From: Fibrobacter sp.
GTDB lineage: Bacteria; Fibrobacterota; Fibrobacteria; Fibrobacterales; Fibrobacteraceae
Direction of reading: 5' to 3'
Assembly: GCA_024398965.1 (NCBI GenBank)
Contig: JAKSIF010000009.1
Location: 25,581-89,580 of the forward strand
DNA: 64,000 bases
Shown: positions 47,030 to 55,857 of the stretch, one piece after another
How the letters are laid out: every line of letters starts with the position of its first letter
How positions within the stretch are numbered: the first letter of the stretch is position 1
Translations under genes and position numbers: made by a program
Notes under the pieces: model-generated
The model's input: only the letters and a program-made list of their open reading frames with translations
What the model was told of the DNA's origin: nothing
Databases searched by the model: none

Positions 47030-47127
47030 GAATTACGAATTACGGGTTATGAATTATGAGAAAGTCGCGGAATGTTATATTTCGTACTTTGTAATTCATA
47101 ATTCGTAATTAAATTGCGTAGCAATTT
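47030..47127. repeat. Inverted heptamer-repeat hairpin element
   Basis: gaattac gaattac gggttat gaattat ... ttcgtac tttgtaa ttcataa ttcgtaa, then AAATTGC-gta-GCAATTT. Confidence 0.75.
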
Positions 47128-47129
47128 GC

Positions 47130-47780
47130 ATGATTTTTCACGTTCTTAAGCATGAACTGCGATTGATTTTCCGGGAGCCCCGCTTCTGGATTCCCTTCAT
47201 TATACCGCCGGTACTGTTGGCGGCGTCCCAGGGGATTGCTGTGAACCGCTATGGCGGGCAGATCATGGAGGGCATGGAAGGTTACATGATGCTTTTGCTG
47301 GGTTGCCTCATGGCGCCTATGGGCGCTCCCTTAGCAGCCGATAGTTTCGCTGGTGAACGTGAAAGAAATTCCCTGGAACTGTTGCAGCTTTCTCCTGTAA
47401 AACCAGCCCATTTGTTTTGGGGCAAACTGCTGGCGGTGTTGCCGTTCCCTCTGATGTTTTCCTTGATTTGTCAGCTGGTTTATTTTGCGGCGCATTCTGA
47501 TGTTGTTCGCGGGGAGGCTGCTGCTGGCGCAATTCTCGGTTCCATGTCCGCATGCCTTTTGGTGAATGCATTTTCGTTGCTTCTTTCATTAAAAGCGAAG
47601 ACGGTGCGTGCAGCTACTCAGGGAACGCTGTTCTTTATTATCCCGCTGCTGCTTTTGGTACAGTTCGGGTATCAGACTTTTTTGCAGAGCTTGGTGATGC
47701 CTGTGATATGCTTGGCGGTATCGCTGTTTGTGTGTAGCGTGGCTACTGCGGTGGGTGTGCGAAAGTTTATCAGCTTGTAG
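47130..47780 (+). CDS. ABC-2 type transporter permease
   Basis: LKHELRLIFREP, AADSFAGERERNSLELLQLSPV, LFWGKLLA motifs. Confidence 0.85.
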   Translation: MIFHVLKHELRLIFREPRFWIPFIIPPVLLAASQGIAVNRYGGQIMEGMEGYMMLLLGCLMAPMGAPLAADSFAGERERNSLELLQLSPVKPAHLFWGKLLAVLPFPLMFSLICQLVYFAAHSDVVRGEAAAGAILGSMSACLLVNAFSLLLSLKAKTVRAATQGTLFFIIPLLLLVQFGYQTFLQSLVMPVICLAVSLFVCSVATAVGVRKFISL

Positions 47781-47836
47781 TTGTAAAGGAACTCGGAACT
47801 TGCTGAGTTTTTTATTTTGGGGTTAAGGAGAAAATT

Positions 47837-49321
47837 ATGTTTGGCGTAAAATTTTTGAATGCGGTGGCATCGTTTTTGATGCTTGCGGTTTTGGCCAATG
47901 GGGCCATTATTGACCAAAAGCAAGTAAAGGGGGCCTCTTACAGGGTTTACCTGGAAGATGGCGTTACCTTGCCTGACAGTGCTGAGGTTGCCCAGGGTAC
48001 AACGGTTTACGTAGATGTGGATGTTCAAAGAAACGATGACGGCATCTTTTATTTGGATGCGGCCTACTCGGCCGTGAATGCTTACGGCACCCCGGGTTAC
48101 TACATCAATGGCCAGATGAAAAAGATTGAGGCGGGTAAGCGATACTCCTTTGTGATGTCGGAATGGAATGTCCGAGTCAATCTTTCTGTTTTTCGATTGT
48201 ATTCCATTAAGTACACTGTAGATGGGAACGGCTCCGTTAGCATAAAGAATACGGTAAGGGATAACTATAATGGCGATGACTATTATATTTCGGGAAATAC
48301 CGTATTCCTGGTTAATGCCGATGATGGCTATTATATGTCTTCGGCTGCCATAAGAAACTGGCCTAATAAGAAAGTCATTTCTTCTGTAAATCAGTCAAAC
48401 GAAATATTTCAATTCTCTATTGACGGACAGGGCATGGATTACATTGTGGATGTGGTCTTTAAACCCATTGACGAATCGATTATGAATTCTATAGATAAGC
48501 ACTGTGAAGCCGTAGATTTGCCAACTTCTGCAAAACCGGGTGCGTCGATGAATTTTACCATTCTTTGTGAAGACGGGTATAGTGTGCAGCGCCTGCATAT
48601 ATCCTGTGCTGAGAAGGATCCGACCTGCGGTGATAACAATGTGTCAAAAGATTCGAAAGGGGTTTACACTTTGTTTAAGTCCAATGCTGCTACAACAGTG
48701 ACGAGCGATGTGTATTACAAAATGTTTTTTGTGGATGAAGGCGAATCCTATGCTCAAGATTTTTTCAGTGCCGGCGTAAAAGAGTATTTCTATGAAGGCG
48801 AGCCTATTTCCATTACGGCGAAACTTGCGGAAGATGAAATTATAAAGTCTATTCAGTATAGCTATGAAAGCGATACTGGATTGGTTAAGGATAGCTTGAA
48901 GTTTTCTTCTTGCTCTGCGACTTTCGATGATTGCGTAAGGGTGCCTAGCTTTACAATGCCTGGGACTCCGGTGACGATAACCGTTGTGCGTGAAAGTACC
49001 CTGAGTAGTTCCAGTGTTGCTGATGAAAATAGCAGCTCAAGTGGGGTTGACGAAAGCAGTAGCTCCGAGGATGATTTCGGGGACTTGACGGGTATTGAAT
49101 TCAGCACGTTACAGGATGGCTTGAAATATCGGGTTTCTGTAAGCGGTCGCAGCGTGATGGTTGACGGCTTTGATGCAAACGCCATTGTTGCCGTATTTGA
49201 CATGCAGGGTAGGGTGATGGTTGCCCAAAAGATGGCGCCTGGTTTTGCTGTTGAACTTCCTCGGTCTGGACGCTATTTGGTGAAGATGGGAAACGTCACT
49301 AAAGTGGTTGACGTTCGCTAA
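47837..49321 (+). CDS. Secreted protein with repeated beta modules, Ser-rich linker and basic C-terminal domain
   Basis: Signal peptide MFGVKFL...LANG; InlB-repeat-like segments; FDMQGRV...GRYLVKM tail. Confidence 0.75.
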   Translation: MFGVKFLNAVASFLMLAVLANGAIIDQKQVKGASYRVYLEDGVTLPDSAEVAQGTTVYVDVDVQRNDDGIFYLDAAYSAVNAYGTPGYYINGQMKKIEAGKRYSFVMSEWNVRVNLSVFRLYSIKYTVDGNGSVSIKNTVRDNYNGDDYYISGNTVFLVNADDGYYMSSAAIRNWPNKKVISSVNQSNEIFQFSIDGQGMDYIVDVVFKPIDESIMNSIDKHCEAVDLPTSAKPGASMNFTILCEDGYSVQRLHISCAEKDPTCGDNNVSKDSKGVYTLFKSNAATTVTSDVYYKMFFVDEGESYAQDFFSAGVKEYFYEGEPISITAKLAEDEIIKSIQYSYESDTGLVKDSLKFSSCSATFDDCVRVPSFTMPGTPVTITVVRESTLSSSSVADENSSSSGVDESSSSEDDFGDLTGIEFSTLQDGLKYRVSVSGRSVMVDGFDANAIVAVFDMQGRVMVAQKMAPGFAVELPRSGRYLVKMGNVTKVVDVR

Positions 49322-49346
49322 ATTCGGTGCGGTTCCGCCGTGACGG

Positions 49347-50471
49347 TTATTGAACGTCTTGTAATATGCGGCGAAACTGTTCCACACAGAATGCAGGGTT
49401 TTCAAAGAAATTGTCGGCGAGGATTTCCATGATTTCTTCGGAGTATTCCGTCTGCTTGCTAAGCAGCTTGACTGCGTTGATTTTACGGGTTAAATCGGTG
49501 GCGCCTGCGGGGGAGTCCGCGGCCAGTTCTTCGCCAAAATGTTTCAGCAGTGTCCAGAAGTAAATGGCAAACTGAACTTTAGTTAGGCTGTCACCGTCAA
49601 ACAGGCTCTTGGCGTAGTAGCGGAAAATCATGTAGGCAATGATGCGGGCGCCATCTTCGTCAGAGAATAATGACTGTGGTTGCTGCCAGCCTTTGCGGAT
49701 CATGCGCTCGTAGGCTTTGTCCCAGGCGGGGCCGTAGCTTTCGCCCTTGTTGAGGATTTCTATCCAAGTTTTGCGGACCGTTTCGTTGAACGGTGTTTCT
49801 GCGTTGGGATTTTTGTTGGAGGGAATTTCGTTGCCAGAGGTTGCTTCCGCAAAATCCAGAATTTCGATGAGTCGTTGGTTTAGGGGAACGCTGTTGTTGT
49901 TTAGGATGGCGAAGATTGCTTCCCGCTCTTCAAAGATGGCATCGCGGGCTTCTTCTGCGCCTTCCGGCATTTCGTCGGGTTCGTCGTTGGTTTCTGTGTC
50001 GATGAGGGTGAGGACGGCGCGGTCCTGTTTCGCAGCATCGGAACCTGCGGTAAGCAGCAGTCTCGCCGCTTCCTCGCAGCAGAGCCCCACGCCTTTTTCC
50101 ATGATGTCGCCGTAGACCTCCACAAAACGGGGATGTTCCCTACAGATGTCGCAGAGGACATTTTCACCATCGGGGCCTATATCTGTCCCGTTGCACCCCA
50201 TTTCGCAAATCATTTCGCAGAGTCCGTTCTCCTTCAGGAAGGGGCATCGGTCTCCTGGCAAGAGCTTGAAATGGCCGTCTTCGATGTTGCTCAGCAGTTT
50301 CTGAAGAAATTGCTGACGACGTTCGTCCGCCTTACCGCTTCTATAAAGATCGCGGTACTTGTCGTGCGTTTTTTCATCGACATCTACTTCCCAGCCCACG
50401 CAACAGGTATCGGAACATCTGCCTCCGAGGCATTGAAACTGGTGGTAGAAACTGGGTACGCGAAGAAGCAT
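49347..50471 (-). CDS. FliB-like (flagellin lysine-N-methylase family) Cys-cluster protein
   Basis: PSFYHQFQCLGGRCSDTCCVGWEVDVD, CPFL...GLC, LCDICREHPRF, GLCCEEAARLLL. Confidence 0.85.
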   Translation of the reverse strand: MLLRVPSFYHQFQCLGGRCSDTCCVGWEVDVDEKTHDKYRDLYRSGKADERRQQFLQKLLSNIEDGHFKLLPGDRCPFLKENGLCEMICEMGCNGTDIGPDGENVLCDICREHPRFVEVYGDIMEKGVGLCCEEAARLLLTAGSDAAKQDRAVLTLIDTETNDEPDEMPEGAEEARDAIFEEREAIFAILNNNSVPLNQRLIEILDFAEATSGNEIPSNKNPNAETPFNETVRKTWIEILNKGESYGPAWDKAYERMIRKGWQQPQSLFSDEDGARIIAYMIFRYYAKSLFDGDSLTKVQFAIYFWTLLKHFGEELAADSPAGATDLTRKINAVKLLSKQTEYSEEIMEILADNFFENPAFCVEQFRRILQDVQ

Positions 50472-50614
50472 TTGGTGGGGCCTTGTGGGGAAATTTTGAC
50501 GGAAAATTTAGAAAATAAGTGTCTTTATGTTCACTACTTGCGCGGCGGACCTGCTGTGCTGGATGTCTTTTTTAGGGGAAATCTGGGTGTGAAAAGTGAC
50601 GAAAATTTCATTTG

Positions 50615-50691
50615 GTGGGGAAATGTGGTGCAAGAGTGTAATAAAATGGTATGTAATCTTGCCAAAGTGGGTTGAAGTGGGTATATTTGGT
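50615..50691 (+). promoter_or_regulatory. Putative MraZ operator (GTGGG repeats) overlapping the dcw promoter
   Basis: GTGGG at 50615, 50667 and 50677, GTGGT at 50625, about 10-bp phasing; TATATTTG at 50682. Confidence 0.65.
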
Positions 50692-50744
50692 ACGTGTGTA
50701 TATAATTCCATGTGTTGTGTAAAGTGTAAATGGAATAGTGTGTA

Positions 50745-51224
50745 ATGAACGAACGTAACCGTTTTATAGGTCAAGCCAAGTCGGCTATCGACGGAAAGGG
50801 TAGGTGCGCCTTCCCTCGGGAGTTCCGTCGTCAATTGACCGCAGAAGACGGTACGGAATTCGTGCTGACGATCTGGGCTGACGGAAGACTCCGTCTGTTT
50901 GTAACGTCAGAATACGAGAAGTTCATGAACGAGTTGGATCAGTGGTCCGACCGCGAACTAGCAGAACAATTCCGACTGAGCCTCCGTTCCTCTTTAGTGG
51001 AACTGGATGGTCAGAATCGCATTTTACTCCCTAAGGATAAAATCCAGTATGCCGAGCTTACGAACAGCATTACGTTCGTAGAATACCGCGGCAAGTCTTT
51101 GGAATTGTGGAATACAGACAAGTACGAAGCCAAGCTTGCTTCTCAGACAGAAGAAGCCAAGGCTCAGTTCAACAAGCTCTGTTTTAATGCTGGTTTTGCG
51201 GGGGGATTGAATGTCCAAAAATGA
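50745..51224 (+). CDS. mraZ: Transcriptional regulator MraZ
   Basis: IDGKGRCAFP and LDGQNRILLP repeats, LELWN. Confidence 0.9.
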   Translation: MNERNRFIGQAKSAIDGKGRCAFPREFRRQLTAEDGTEFVLTIWADGRLRLFVTSEYEKFMNELDQWSDRELAEQFRLSLRSSLVELDGQNRILLPKDKIQYAELTNSITFVEYRGKSLELWNTDKYEAKLASQTEEAKAQFNKLCFNAGFAGGLNVQK

Positions 51225-52242
51225 TCCTCAAGTAAAATCCTTACATACAAAAGAATTTTCTGAAGCTGCCGTCGCAGGTGTTGAAGGTGGCGTGTTCTAT
51301 CATGATCCTGTAATGCTTAAGGAATGTCTCGAAGGCCTTAAGCTTAAAGGTAGTGAGGTACTTACCGATGGTACGTTTGCAGATTGCACTCTGGGCGGTG
51401 GCGGTCACTCTTACGCTATTGCCACTCGTCTTTCTAATGCAGGCACTCTCCACGCTTTCGACCGTGACGATGATGCCGTAAAGTTTGCAACCAAGCGCCT
51501 GGCTGGTGTTGCTCCCAAGTTCATTGTTCATCCGGTTCCCTTTGGCGAACTGGGTAACGAAATTCCGGCAGACACCTTGGACGGTGTTCTTTATGATCTG
51601 GGCATTAGCAGTCATCAGGTTGATGATTCCAGCCGCGGCTTTACCTTTGTTGGTAACAATCCTCTGGATCTTCGCATGGATCGTCGCGAAGAAGTTAGCG
51701 CCCAGGAATGGCTCCGCAGTGTAAGTGCAGACGACTTGGCAGAAGCTCTTCGCAAGAATGCCGATATGGATCGCGCATTCAAGCTTGCAACCCGTATTAT
51801 TGAAGTCGCCGCAGAAACAGGCCGTGCTGGCCGCGACATTCTGCCCAGCGATATCAAGGCTGTTGTAGAAGCGGTGTTCCCGGACAAGCGTCGTGATGCA
51901 AACAGCTTGCTTGCCCGCGTATTCCAGGCTGTCCGTATGGAAGTAAACGGCGAACTTCGCCAGATTGAAAACAGCCTCCGTGCCGCAGTGGATTGCCTTA
52001 AGGTTGGCGGTCGCCTGGTTGTGATGAGCTATCACTCTGTGGAAGACCGTTGCGTCAAGGATACCTGCGCAGAATTTGAAAAGGCCTGCATTTGCCCTGA
52101 ACATATGCCTGTGTGCGTTTGTGGTGGCAATCACCAGCGTCTTAAGAAGGTGAATCGCAAGCCGATTCTTCCGACAGAAAAAGAAATTGCAGTCAACAGC
52201 AGGGCTCGCTCTGCGAAACTTAGGGTATACGAAAGGGTATGA
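51211..52242 (+). CDS. rsmH: 16S rRNA m4C1402 methyltransferase
   Basis: HDPVML, DCTLGGGGHS, DLGISSHQ, LDLRMD, FQAVRMEVNGEL, SYHSVEDR, NSRARSAKLR. Confidence 0.96.
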   Translation: MSKNDPQVKSLHTKEFSEAAVAGVEGGVFYHDPVMLKECLEGLKLKGSEVLTDGTFADCTLGGGGHSYAIATRLSNAGTLHAFDRDDDAVKFATKRLAGVAPKFIVHPVPFGELGNEIPADTLDGVLYDLGISSHQVDDSSRGFTFVGNNPLDLRMDRREEVSAQEWLRSVSADDLAEALRKNADMDRAFKLATRIIEVAAETGRAGRDILPSDIKAVVEAVFPDKRRDANSLLARVFQAVRMEVNGELRQIENSLRAAVDCLKVGGRLVVMSYHSVEDRCVKDTCAEFEKACICPEHMPVCVCGGNHQRLKKVNRKPILPTEKEIAVNSRARSAKLRVYERV

Positions 52243-52550
52243 GTAGCGAAAATACAAATCCCGTGATTTACTCTAACCGCACCATTGTGCGGGGTTTCCT
52301 TGTTGTTGTGGTGGTGGCAGGACTTCTGCTGATTCTGCCTCTCTACATGCAGAATCGAATTTCTCGCTTGTATATCAAGTCCCATGAACTTTCCGAAGAA
52401 ATTGGTCGCTTGCAGCGTCAGATTCTTGTGCAGGAATTGGAAATGAATAAGCTGTCTTCCCTTGAAGCTTTGTCTGAGTACGGGGAAGAAACTGGCTTGG
52501 GCCTCAATGATGTGCCGACCAAGGTGCGTGTTGTAGGAGGTGCTCGATGA
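52239..52550 (+). CDS. ftsL: Cell division protein FtsL-like
   Basis: Single TM helix plus coiled coil; position between rsmH and ftsI. Confidence 0.65.
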   Translation: MSSENTNPVIYSNRTIVRGFLVVVVVAGLLLILPLYMQNRISRLYIKSHELSEEIGRLQRQILVQELEMNKLSSLEALSEYGEETGLGLNDVPTKVRVVGGAR

Positions 52551-54433
52551 ATATCAATGTTGATGCACTCTCTATCGCGAAGACTTTGGTTCTTGGTGTT
52601 GTCGGGGTTCTTGCTTGGCAGACTTTTAACATCCAGGTGCTGAATCGTGAGGTTTACCAGAATCAGACCAAGAGCATGGTGACCCGTACCAAGAACATCT
52701 TTGCTGAACGCGGCCAGATTATGGACCGTAACGGTGTTGTTCTTGCTGACAACCTGCGCGATACCATCAATCCTGAAGACTTCAGCAGAATCTTCTTGCA
52801 GGGTAAGCTTGCATCTCAGATTGTTGGCAAGGTTGGCTATAACGGAACCGGTAGCATGGGCCTGGAAAAGGTTTTTGACCTGCGCCTCCGTGGCAACGAA
52901 GGTTTCCGTGTCAGCATTCAAGACGCCAAGAAGAATGAAATCTATGGCCGTTCCGAGAACGTGGCTGAAGCTGAACCGGGTAAGAATCTTGTCTTGACAA
53001 TTGACAAGAACATGCAGGAAATTGTTGAAAAGGCCCTGAAGGATGGCGTAATCGAATTTGAGGCTAAGAATGCAAGCGCCGTTGTAGTTGATCCTTATAC
53101 CGGTGAAATTCTTGCCATGGCCAGCTATCCGACTTTTGACCCTAACTCCAAGAATCAGGGTGTTGGTCGTATGGCCAAGAATGACATTGTGGCCATGGCC
53201 TACGAACCGGGTTCCACATTCAAGGTTATCACCGCTGCTGCAGCACTGGAAAATGGTGTTGTTTCTCCGGATACAATCTTTGCAAATGAGGGCAAGTGCT
53301 GGAGCTGGAATCCCCGTTCCGAAAAGATTTGCGACACCCATATCTACGGGGATATGGATATGGCTGAAGCCATGGTTCAGTCCTCTAATATTGTTTTCGG
53401 TAAGATTGCCGATAAGGTGGGCGCCGATAAGCTTTATCGAATGGCTCGTAACTTTGGTCTGGGCATGAAGACCTCGGAAAGCTTCTATGGCGAAGAATCC
53501 GGTAAGCTGCTGCGCCCCTATGAACTTAAGGCCGATGATCGAACCTTGAAGACGATGGGCTTTGGCCACGCCATGATGGTTACTCCTATCCAGCTGGTGA
53601 TGGCATACTCTGCTGTGGCAAACGGCGGTAAGCTGATGGAACCCATGCTTGTAAAGGAATGGCGTGATTCCGAAGGTCATCTTGTAGAAAAGAAGGAACC
53701 GGTTGAAGTTCGCCGCGTGATTTCTGAACAGACTGCAGCCAGCATCCGTCAAATGCTTCATCGTGTGGTGAACAACGGTACCGCAAAGAAGGTTATGAGC
53801 AAGAAGATTCCGGATGTGATTTTCGGTGGCAAGACTGGTACCGCAGAAAAGTACAATCAGGAAACTCGCAAGTATGACCGTGATCATCAGGTGGCTTCCT
53901 TTATTGGCCTTGCTCCTGTTGAAGACGCTCGCTACGTTTGCATGGTCTTGGTGGACGATCCTCAGACAGCTCAGCATCATGGCGGTAATACCGCTGGTCC
54001 GATTTTCCGTCGCATTATGGAAGGCGTCTACTATCATCCGGAATTGTCTCCTGCATCCCATGCACTCTCTCTTGTTGATGCAAAGTCTAATTGCAAGAAC
54101 GATTTTGTTGGCATGATGGCTAAGGATGCAAAGACCATGGCTGAAGCAAAGAATTGCAAGGTCCAGTTTGAGGGTGAAGGAAATCGTGTGATTTCTGAAC
54201 GCCGCGATATGAGTGATTCCGTAGGCATCACCCTGGTCCTTGGAAATGTGGATGCGGGCAAAATGCCCAACCTGAAGGGCCTTTCCTTGAAGGATGCTCT
54301 GGAAATTGCAGGAAGCATTCGCATGAATGTTGAATATACAGGCAAGGGTCGTGTTGTTGCCCAATCCCCGAAGGCCGAAGAAGAATTGCGTAAAGGGCAA
54401 GTTTGCAAACTAACGTTGAAGGAGAGGGGCTAA
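52547..54433 (+). CDS. ftsI: Peptidoglycan transpeptidase FtsI/PBP3 with PASTA domain
   Basis: ERGQIMDRNG, EPGSTFK (SxxK), QSSN, GKTGTA, C-terminal MPNLKGLSLKDA PASTA. Confidence 0.93.
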   Translation: MNINVDALSIAKTLVLGVVGVLAWQTFNIQVLNREVYQNQTKSMVTRTKNIFAERGQIMDRNGVVLADNLRDTINPEDFSRIFLQGKLASQIVGKVGYNGTGSMGLEKVFDLRLRGNEGFRVSIQDAKKNEIYGRSENVAEAEPGKNLVLTIDKNMQEIVEKALKDGVIEFEAKNASAVVVDPYTGEILAMASYPTFDPNSKNQGVGRMAKNDIVAMAYEPGSTFKVITAAAALENGVVSPDTIFANEGKCWSWNPRSEKICDTHIYGDMDMAEAMVQSSNIVFGKIADKVGADKLYRMARNFGLGMKTSESFYGEESGKLLRPYELKADDRTLKTMGFGHAMMVTPIQLVMAYSAVANGGKLMEPMLVKEWRDSEGHLVEKKEPVEVRRVISEQTAASIRQMLHRVVNNGTAKKVMSKKIPDVIFGGKTGTAEKYNQETRKYDRDHQVASFIGLAPVEDARYVCMVLVDDPQTAQHHGGNTAGPIFRRIMEGVYYHPELSPASHALSLVDAKSNCKNDFVGMMAKDAKTMAEAKNCKVQFEGEGNRVISERRDMSDSVGITLVLGNVDAGKMPNLKGLSLKDALEIAGSIRMNVEYTGKGRVVAQSPKAEEELRKGQVCKLTLKERG

Positions 54434-55857
54434 TGCTGTCTGAAACTTTGATGAAGAACCTGGATGTTCGTGGTTTGTGTGACGATTCCCGTCGTGTGAA
54501 GGCTCACGACTTGTTCTTCTCGCTGCCTGCTGAAAACTATGAGGAATTCGCCCGCAATGCAATTGCCGCGGGTGCTGTTGCCGTTGTTGGCGAGACTGTG
54601 GCTCCTGAGGGATTGACTTCCAAGTGGATTCAGGTGTCCGATGTGAAGACTGCTCGCCTCGATGCTGCTAGGATTTTCTATAAGGATCCTTTTGCTAAGC
54701 TTACCTGCCACGCAGTTACGGGCACCAATGGCAAGACCACCAGCGCATTCCTGATGGATGCCATGCTGACGGCTGCTGGCAAGAAGGTTGCCCTGCTTGG
54801 CACGATCAAGAATAAGGTGGGCGATGTTTCTGTTCCCGCCAACTTGACTACCCCGGGTCTCTTGGACTTGTACGCATTCGCTGCCAAGGCTGTGGATGCG
54901 GGCTGCACTGACCTTGTGATGGAAACATCTTCTCATGCTCTTCATCAGTCCCGCATGGCAGGCGTCAGCTATAGAAGCGGCTTGTTCAGCAACCTGACTC
55001 AGGATCATCTTGACTACCACAGGACCATGGAAGCCTATTTTGATGCAAAGAAGCTTCTGTTCACGAAGTTCCTTGCTGCAGATGGCGTTGCCGTTGTGAA
55101 TATCGACGATGAACACGGCGCTGCACTCAGTGATGAACTGAAGGCCATGGGCAAGAATGTGATGGCTGTTTCCCGTCTCGGTAACGCTAAGGCCGACGTG
55201 AAGCCTGAAGGTGCTGTGGAAAATACCGAAGATGGCTTGAAGTTTGTTCTGCCGGCTATTAGCGGCGACAAGTTTGAAACTCCTCTTTGCGGTGATTTCA
55301 ATGTGGACAATGTCCTGTTGGTTCTTTCCTGGGCAAAGGCTGTAGGCGTATCTGAAGAAGCTATGCGTAAGGCCCTCGCCGAGATCCGTGTTCCGGGCCG
55401 TTTCGAAAAGGTCTGGAACAAGGATGGAAAGCATGTGATTGTTGACTATGCTCATACTCCCGATGCTCTGGAACGTGTGCTTGCCACTGCCCGCTCTCTC
55501 TGCCGTGGCAAGCTCTCTTGCGTATTCGGCTGTGGCGGTGACCGCGATAAGACCAAGCGCCCCATTATGGGTGCCATTGCGGAAAAGATGAGCGACAAGG
55601 CTTGGCTCACTTCCGATAATCCTCGTACCGAAAATCCGACTGACATTATCAATGATGTTCGTGCCGGTATGAGTACCGACAAGTTCGAGGTGGTTGAAAA
55701 GCGTGAAGAAGCCATTGCCAAGGCTTGTGCAGAACTTAAGGACGGTGACTGGCTGGTTGTCGCTGGCAAGGGTCACGAAGACTACCAGATTATCGGTAAG
55801 ACCAAACATCATTTTGACGACCACGAGGAAGTGGTGAAGGCTATGGAAAATGTTTAA
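54433..55857 (+). CDS. murE: UDP-MurNAc-Ala-Glu:meso-DAP ligase
   Basis: VTGTNGKTT, METSSHAL, NLTQDHLDYH, DYAHTPDAL, TSDNPR (DAP-type), AGKGHE. Confidence 0.96.
   Translation: MLSETLMKNLDVRGLCDDSRRVKAHDLFFSLPAENYEEFARNAIAAGAVAVVGETVAPEGLTSKWIQVSDVKTARLDAARIFYKDPFAKLTCHAVTGTNGKTTSAFLMDAMLTAAGKKVALLGTIKNKVGDVSVPANLTTPGLLDLYAFAAKAVDAGCTDLVMETSSHALHQSRMAGVSYRSGLFSNLTQDHLDYHRTMEAYFDAKKLLFTKFLAADGVAVVNIDDEHGAALSDELKAMGKNVMAVSRLGNAKADVKPEGAVENTEDGLKFVLPAISGDKFETPLCGDFNVDNVLLVLSWAKAVGVSEEAMRKALAEIRVPGRFEKVWNKDGKHVIVDYAHTPDALERVLATARSLCRGKLSCVFGCGGDRDKTKRPIMGAIAEKMSDKAWLTSDNPRTENPTDIINDVRAGMSTDKFEVVEKREEAIAKACAELKDGDWLVVAGKGHEDYQIIGKTKHHFDDHEEVVKAMENV

Noticed and set aside
50508-50834. 108-aa minus-strand ORF upstream of mraZ
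   Set aside because: Low-complexity His/Thr-rich translation arising from the GTGGG operator repeats; overlaps the mraZ start.
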